The translations under genes and the position numbers were made by a program. The notes under the pieces are model-generated. The model had not been told where the DNA came from. It saw nothing but the letters and a program-made list of their open reading frames with translations, and did not search any database. A stretch of DNA of 30,535 nt from an archaeon (GTDB lineage Archaea; Iainarchaeota; Iainarchaeia; Iainarchaeales; CSSED10-239). The stretch covers positions 1 to 30,535 of the forward strand of contig JBAYPN010000008.1 in the NCBI GenBank assembly GCA_041677685.1. The letters are read 5' to 3'. Position 1 is the first letter of the stretch, and each line of letters opens with the position of its first letter. Below, in pieces: positions 26,087 to 30,535 of the stretch.

Positions 26087-26830
26087 ATGAATGAATTATA
26101 TATTCCAATTATTGTTTTTACAATAATTATTTTAGGCTATATGACCTATCAGGATTTTAAATATAGAGAAATAAATATAATTTCTTTAATTGCTTTAGCT
26201 TTATTTAGTATCTTGTACTTGTGGTTATTTATTTTTAAATCAGATGTAGTTTTATGGAATAAATATTTATTGCAATTATTAATCTCTTTTGTTTTTATTT
26301 TAATATTTTTCACTTTAGGGAAATTTAGTAAATTTGTGTATATTGGGGAGGGAGACCTATATACAATTTTGGCAATATCATTTACAAACATATTTAGTGT
26401 TTTGTTTATTTTGTTTTTATTTTTATTATCTTTGTTAGTTACCTTGTTAATTCCTATTTCAATATTTGTTTATAATTTAAGTATGAGACATAAACCAAAC
26501 TATGGTTTTTTAAGTTCATTGTTTTTGATGTTTTTAGGTTACCCTTTAAAGTTAAAATCAATAACTAACTTTTATACACCTTTAGAGAGATTTGAAGAAA
26601 TTAAGGATAACAAATATTTAAAGGTTGTAAATTTTAAACCAAACATTGAGCCTACAAAGGAGCTTAGTAAGATTAAAAAAATTGCAAATTTAGAAAAGGT
26701 TGAAAAGATATGGGTTTCTCCCTTAATCCCATTTGTTATTTCTATTCTTATTTCTTACATAATTTTAATAATTATTATAGTAAATGATGGACTTTTAGTA
26801 GTTAGTAATTTTATAATTAATATTTTATAA
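26087..26830 (+). CDS. type IV prepilin/preflagellin peptidase (A24 family, FlaK/PibD-like)
   Basis: 247 aa polytopic protein. First catalytic Asp context YQDFKYREIN and second Asp in the GxGD motif YIGEGDLY. Confidence 0.7.
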   Translation: MNELYIPIIVFTIIILGYMTYQDFKYREINIISLIALALFSILYLWLFIFKSDVVLWNKYLLQLLISFVFILIFFTLGKFSKFVYIGEGDLYTILAISFTNIFSVLFILFLFLLSLLVTLLIPISIFVYNLSMRHKPNYGFLSSLFLMFLGYPLKLKSITNFYTPLERFEEIKDNKYLKVVNFKPNIEPTKELSKIKKIANLEKVEKIWVSPLIPFVISILISYIILIIIIVNDGLLVVSNFIINIL

Positions 26831-26900
26831 TATATATATTTTATAAATATAATGAACTATATAAAATATAGAATAGAACTATAAAGTAATTTGCATAATT

Positions 26901-29795
26901 ATGGGTAATATAATGGAAGAAAGTAAAAAAGTAGAATTTGTTAATTTAAAAAAAATTAATGTACTTGATAATTCTTTCTCTATTAAAAAAAATGTTAATC
27001 CTGTTTATGATGATAAGGGATCTTTTAAAAGAAGCTTAGAGAAATTTAAAGTAAAGGATACAAAAAAGGTAGAAGATTTTAAAGGTTTTGTGGATTTAAA
27101 AAAAGTTGATAATTTAGATCTTGAAATTAAAAAGCAAACTGTTTTTAAAAAGCAAGTTGATGCTTCTAAAAAAAATGAAATTATTGAAACATTAAATAAA
27201 GATATTAAAAAAGATTTTTCTAAAGTTATTAAAACTAATTTGCAGATTTCTAAATTAGAAGATAAAAATGAAATAAATATTGTAAATAAAAATTTAAATA
27301 AAAGAGCTGTAAGTAAAAGAGATTTAAAAGATAAAGGCAAAGATAGAGATGAAGACAAAAAAAAGAGTAATAATTTAGGCATAGTAATACATGATATTTC
27401 AGTTTCTAATGTTGAAGAAAAAAATATTAATGATCTTTTGTTAGAGTTAGAAAATAAAACCACAAAATTAGAAAAAGATTCTGATTTTATAGAAAGTTTT
27501 TCTTTTTTAGATGATGTTCCTTCTGTTAAAAAAATATCTTACAAATCTTATAAATCAAATAATCTATTTTCTAAATTAGATTCTGTTTCTAAAAGTAATA
27601 AAGAAAAAGGGAAAGAAAGTAAGAATTTAGAATATGGTAACTTTGCAAACATTAGCTTTGAGGATAGTAATTTTGAAGAATTAGAGATTCCTAATATTAT
27701 TCCTTTAAAAGATGTGTCTGAAGGGAATTATAATAATGATGAATTTATTAGTTTTGAAAAGGATTCTAAAGAGACTCAAATAAATGAACCTGTTTTTTTA
27801 GATTCAAAAGACGGACTTTCTTTAAATTCTGATTTAGAGAAAAGAACTTTGCAAGTAGATAAGTTAATTGTAAACAAATATAAAAATAAAAGAAATAGCC
27901 AATTTGGAAAAGATGAAATAATAAATAAGGCAAATGAAGATGATGATGTTACTAAAAAAGTATTAAGCCCAGATTTCATATATAAAAATAATTTGAATTC
28001 AGGAAAAGATATTCAAGTTCCAACTAATGATGTAAACCTTAAAAGAGCTGATTTTTCTAATGACAATTTAGATCTTAAAAGAGAAAAAGCTTACAATCAA
28101 GATTTAGATTCTAAAAGAGAAAAAGCTTACAATCAAGACTTAGATTCTAAAAGAGAAAAAGCTTACAATCAAGACTTAGATTCTAAAAGAGAAAATGAAC
28201 TTAAAACTAAGAATGAAAACTTTGAAAATCTATCTAAAAAATATTCGAAGAAAATGTCCAAAAATCAAAACCAAGACACACAAAAAGAATCTAAAATAGA
28301 ATTCTTATTTCCAAAGGATAGAAATATTTCAAAATATATTTTGCCTGATGAAAAAGTATTTGACTCAAATTTATCTAAATATGACTTAAATGAAAAAAAA
28401 TACCCAAGCTTAGTTTATTCAGTTGATCTTGAAAAATTTGAACATGATAAAAAAAATATTTTTAGCAAATATAATATAGACGAGTTTACATATGTTACAA
28501 TTTATTTTAAAAAAGAAAAAAATGAACTTCTTTACAGTATAGTTCAACCAGAATTAAGTAAAGACCAATCTAAAGAATACTTAGAAATTAAAAAAATATT
28601 CTTTAACACAATTGATAAAAGTTATTATTATTTTAATGGAGATAAATATAATGTTGATCAATATATCTCAAAGATATTTGATCTAACCTTAGACAAATTA
28701 TCCTACTCTCTTGACTCATTAAAAAAGAAACTATACTTAAAATTTATTATTAGAGAATTTTCAGGTCTTGGTTTTTTAACAAATTTATTATTAGATAAAA
28801 AAATATTAGAAATAAGTTGTGCTGGAGAAGATTCAGACATTTCTGTATACCACATAGATTATGGTGTTCTAAACACAAACCTAAAATTTAATTCAATTCC
28901 TGAACTAAATCACTTTGTAATTACTTTAACAAAGAATATGGGGTTATTTATTAACTCCACAAACCCTGTAATTAATGGATATCTACCAAATGGGTATAAG
29001 GTAGAGGGATTATATTCTGTAGGAGACACAAGCAGCAAAGGTTCTTCTTTTGTTATTAAAAAATATTTAGATCAACCATTAACTCCAATTTCTTTAATCA
29101 AAACAAGCATAGGTGTTATAGATGTCTTCTCATACATTTGGTCTGCAATGTCACAAGGTTATAAAGTTGTCTTGTCAGGAAATGATGACAGCTACACAAT
29201 CTTTAATTCAATTACACTATTTTTACCTAACAAAAAAATAATCTCTGTTCAAGCATATGATAGATTGAAGTTACCTCAAAAGGAATGGGTTAAAAAAACA
29301 TTTATAGGTAATGACAAAATCACTAAAAAAGATCTAATAGAGCAAACTATATCACAAAGACCTGACTACATTATTGTTGATGAGTTTGATAATTCTATGT
29401 TTGATTTAGCATGGTATAATCTTGATTTGTTTACTATTGATAAAAAGATATTGCCTAAGTTAAGATCTAATTTAGAATTAATTAATTTAAATGTAATTAT
29501 TATTGATCTTAAGAAATTAAAGTATGGTTTAAAAGAAGGAATCCAAATTACAGATGTTCATGAGTATTCTGACAGAAAGGAAACAAAGGTAATTGAGTTT
29601 GATGAAGTTAATAACAGCTACCATATTAATCTCTTATCCTCTCAAATAGATGTTGTGGAGTTTACAAAGAAAAAGAAAATGTTAAGATGGATGAGAGACT
29701 CTAAAATATACAATTATAAAGACTTTAATAATATTTGCTCTCAATATATATTAGATAAAAATAAAATAATTAAAAGATTAGGTATTGAATTGTAA
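26901..29795 (+). CDS. FlaI/PilB-family (T2SSE) secretion-ATPase homolog with degenerate nucleotide-binding motifs and a long low-complexity N-terminal extension
   Basis: 964 aa. Residues about 505-964 follow the FlaI pattern: YSIVQPEL, LGFLTNLLLDKKILEISCAG, PVINGYLPNGYKVEG, GSSFVIKKY, PLTPISLI, RPDYIIVDEF, and C-terminal MLRWMRDSKIYNY. The Walker A position reads SGNDDSYTI and has no Lys. Confidence 0.7.
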   Translation: MGNIMEESKKVEFVNLKKINVLDNSFSIKKNVNPVYDDKGSFKRSLEKFKVKDTKKVEDFKGFVDLKKVDNLDLEIKKQTVFKKQVDASKKNEIIETLNKDIKKDFSKVIKTNLQISKLEDKNEINIVNKNLNKRAVSKRDLKDKGKDRDEDKKKSNNLGIVIHDISVSNVEEKNINDLLLELENKTTKLEKDSDFIESFSFLDDVPSVKKISYKSYKSNNLFSKLDSVSKSNKEKGKESKNLEYGNFANISFEDSNFEELEIPNIIPLKDVSEGNYNNDEFISFEKDSKETQINEPVFLDSKDGLSLNSDLEKRTLQVDKLIVNKYKNKRNSQFGKDEIINKANEDDDVTKKVLSPDFIYKNNLNSGKDIQVPTNDVNLKRADFSNDNLDLKREKAYNQDLDSKREKAYNQDLDSKREKAYNQDLDSKRENELKTKNENFENLSKKYSKKMSKNQNQDTQKESKIEFLFPKDRNISKYILPDEKVFDSNLSKYDLNEKKYPSLVYSVDLEKFEHDKKNIFSKYNIDEFTYVTIYFKKEKNELLYSIVQPELSKDQSKEYLEIKKIFFNTIDKSYYYFNGDKYNVDQYISKIFDLTLDKLSYSLDSLKKKLYLKFIIREFSGLGFLTNLLLDKKILEISCAGEDSDISVYHIDYGVLNTNLKFNSIPELNHFVITLTKNMGLFINSTNPVINGYLPNGYKVEGLYSVGDTSSKGSSFVIKKYLDQPLTPISLIKTSIGVIDVFSYIWSAMSQGYKVVLSGNDDSYTIFNSITLFLPNKKIISVQAYDRLKLPQKEWVKKTFIGNDKITKKDLIEQTISQRPDYIIVDEFDNSMFDLAWYNLDLFTIDKKILPKLRSNLELINLNVIIIDLKKLKYGLKEGIQITDVHEYSDRKETKVIEFDEVNNSYHINLLSSQIDVVEFTKKKKMLRWMRDSKIYNYKDFNNICSQYILDKNKIIKRLGIEL
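28065..28195 (+). repeat. in-frame 36-bp tandem repeat, about 3.6 copies (DLDSKREKAYNQ)
   Basis: Units at 28065-28100, 28101-28136 and 28137-28172, plus a partial unit at 28173-28195. The central copies differ at one nucleotide. Confidence 0.9.
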
Positions 29796-29844
29796 AAAGA
29801 TAAAAATTAAAATTATATAAGATTAATTAAAAAGGAAAAGAAAC

Positions 29845-30535
29845 ATGTTTGGAAAAGTAATTACAAAAATATCATCCTATTTTTTTAAAGACATAGTCCA
29901 AAAATTAGAATATAGATTTAAAGATCTTTCCTTAGTTTTAGAACACACAAGTATAAATGAAGATGTTGTTTCCTATCTTTCTAATATTCTATTTATCTCT
30001 TTGTGCTTTACTCTTGTTTTAGAATTCTTTTTAATATTTTTAATGTTAAAGTTAAACATATTTTTTAATTTCTTTAGCTTTATAGTAACCATCTTTGTTT
30101 CTGGAACCTTTGGGGTTATGGTTTTTTTAATTCTTTATAAATTTCCATATTATCTTTTAGATTCTAAAAAGAAAGAATTAAACTTAGAGGTTGAGAGAAG
30201 TGTAAAGCACCTTTCTGTTTTAAAAGATGAAAAATTAACAATTAAAGATGTTTTAGTTATTTTACAAAATTTAGAAGGAAACAAGATTTTAACGATTGAA
30301 GCTACAAGGCTTTTGACTCTTTCAAATCTAAATAATAACCTAAGGGATACTCTTTTGTCAGCAATTAATAAAACCTACTCAGAAGCAGAAAAAAATTTCT
30401 TTTTTAAACTAGTAGATGTTATTGATAAAAAAGATACTTTATCAAATGTAGTTATGGATTATTTAGGGAGCTTAGAGCAATCTAAAAAGGAAATTAATGA
30501 ACAAAAGAAAAGTAGAATCAATTTATTATTTCAAG
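29845..30535 (+). CDS. FlaJ/TadC-like (T2SSF family) membrane platform protein, truncated by window end
   Basis: Own translation from ATG 29845: MFGKVITKISSYFFKDIVQKLEYRFKDL..., two TMs, then a cytoplasmic helical domain (VERSVKHLSVLKDEKLTIKDVLVILQNLEGNKILT...). Open to the window end. It sits directly downstream of the FlaI-like gene, as in archaeal pilus and archaellum operons. Confidence 0.55.
   Translation, partial: MFGKVITKISSYFFKDIVQKLEYRFKDLSLVLEHTSINEDVVSYLSNILFISLCFTLVLEFFLIFLMLKLNIFFNFFSFIVTIFVSGTFGVMVFLILYKFPYYLLDSKKKELNLEVERSVKHLSVLKDEKLTIKDVLVILQNLEGNKILTIEATRLLTLSNLNNNLRDTLLSAINKTYSEAEKNFFFKLVDVIDKKDTLSNVVMDYLGSLEQSKKEINEQKKSRINLLFQ

Overview
Strongly AT-rich, gene-dense window (G+C judged by eye, not computed). 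It looks archaeal. The evidence is an NMD3-family protein, a KH-less beta-CASP RNase (aCPSF2-like), a FlaI/FlaJ/preflagellin-peptidase-type locus, tRNAs without encoded CCA, TATA-like TTTATAAATA boxes and oligo-T terminators. Small proteins and many Lys/Asn/Glu-rich low-complexity segments suggest a reduced-genome (DPANN-like) archaeon; that is inference. Content in order: two small ORFs and tRNA-Thr(UGU). A six-gene minus-strand operon for a MacB/LolCDE-like ABC system, with one ATPase, two different FtsX permeases, a methyltransferase-like protein, a small basic coiled-coil protein and a CARDB-like surface protein. A 164-bp A/T tandem-repeat array. Then mscS, a DUF422-like membrane protein, a SlyD-like FKBP with a His/Cys tail, serS, a divergent HIT protein, and smc with a compact hinge. 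Two membrane-anchored surface proteins, then adk translationally coupled to a 562-aa coiled-coil protein, then tRNA-Arg(CCU). An unannotated transcription unit encoding a hyper-acidic 56-aa and a basic 33-aa peptide. Then trkH-trkA, and NMD3-like coupled to aCPSF2-like. Finally a PHP-like protein followed by a type IV pilus/archaellum-like assembly locus: A24 peptidase, a FlaI-family protein and a partial FlaJ/TadC-like platform. The most unusual point is that the FlaI-family protein is an intact ORF but has lost the Walker A lysine and other ATPase motifs. It also carries a roughly 500-aa low-complexity N-terminal extension with a near-perfect 36-bp in-frame repeat. No CRISPR array, rRNA, transposase or integrase was seen. 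All family assignments come from motif recognition by eye; no searches were run.
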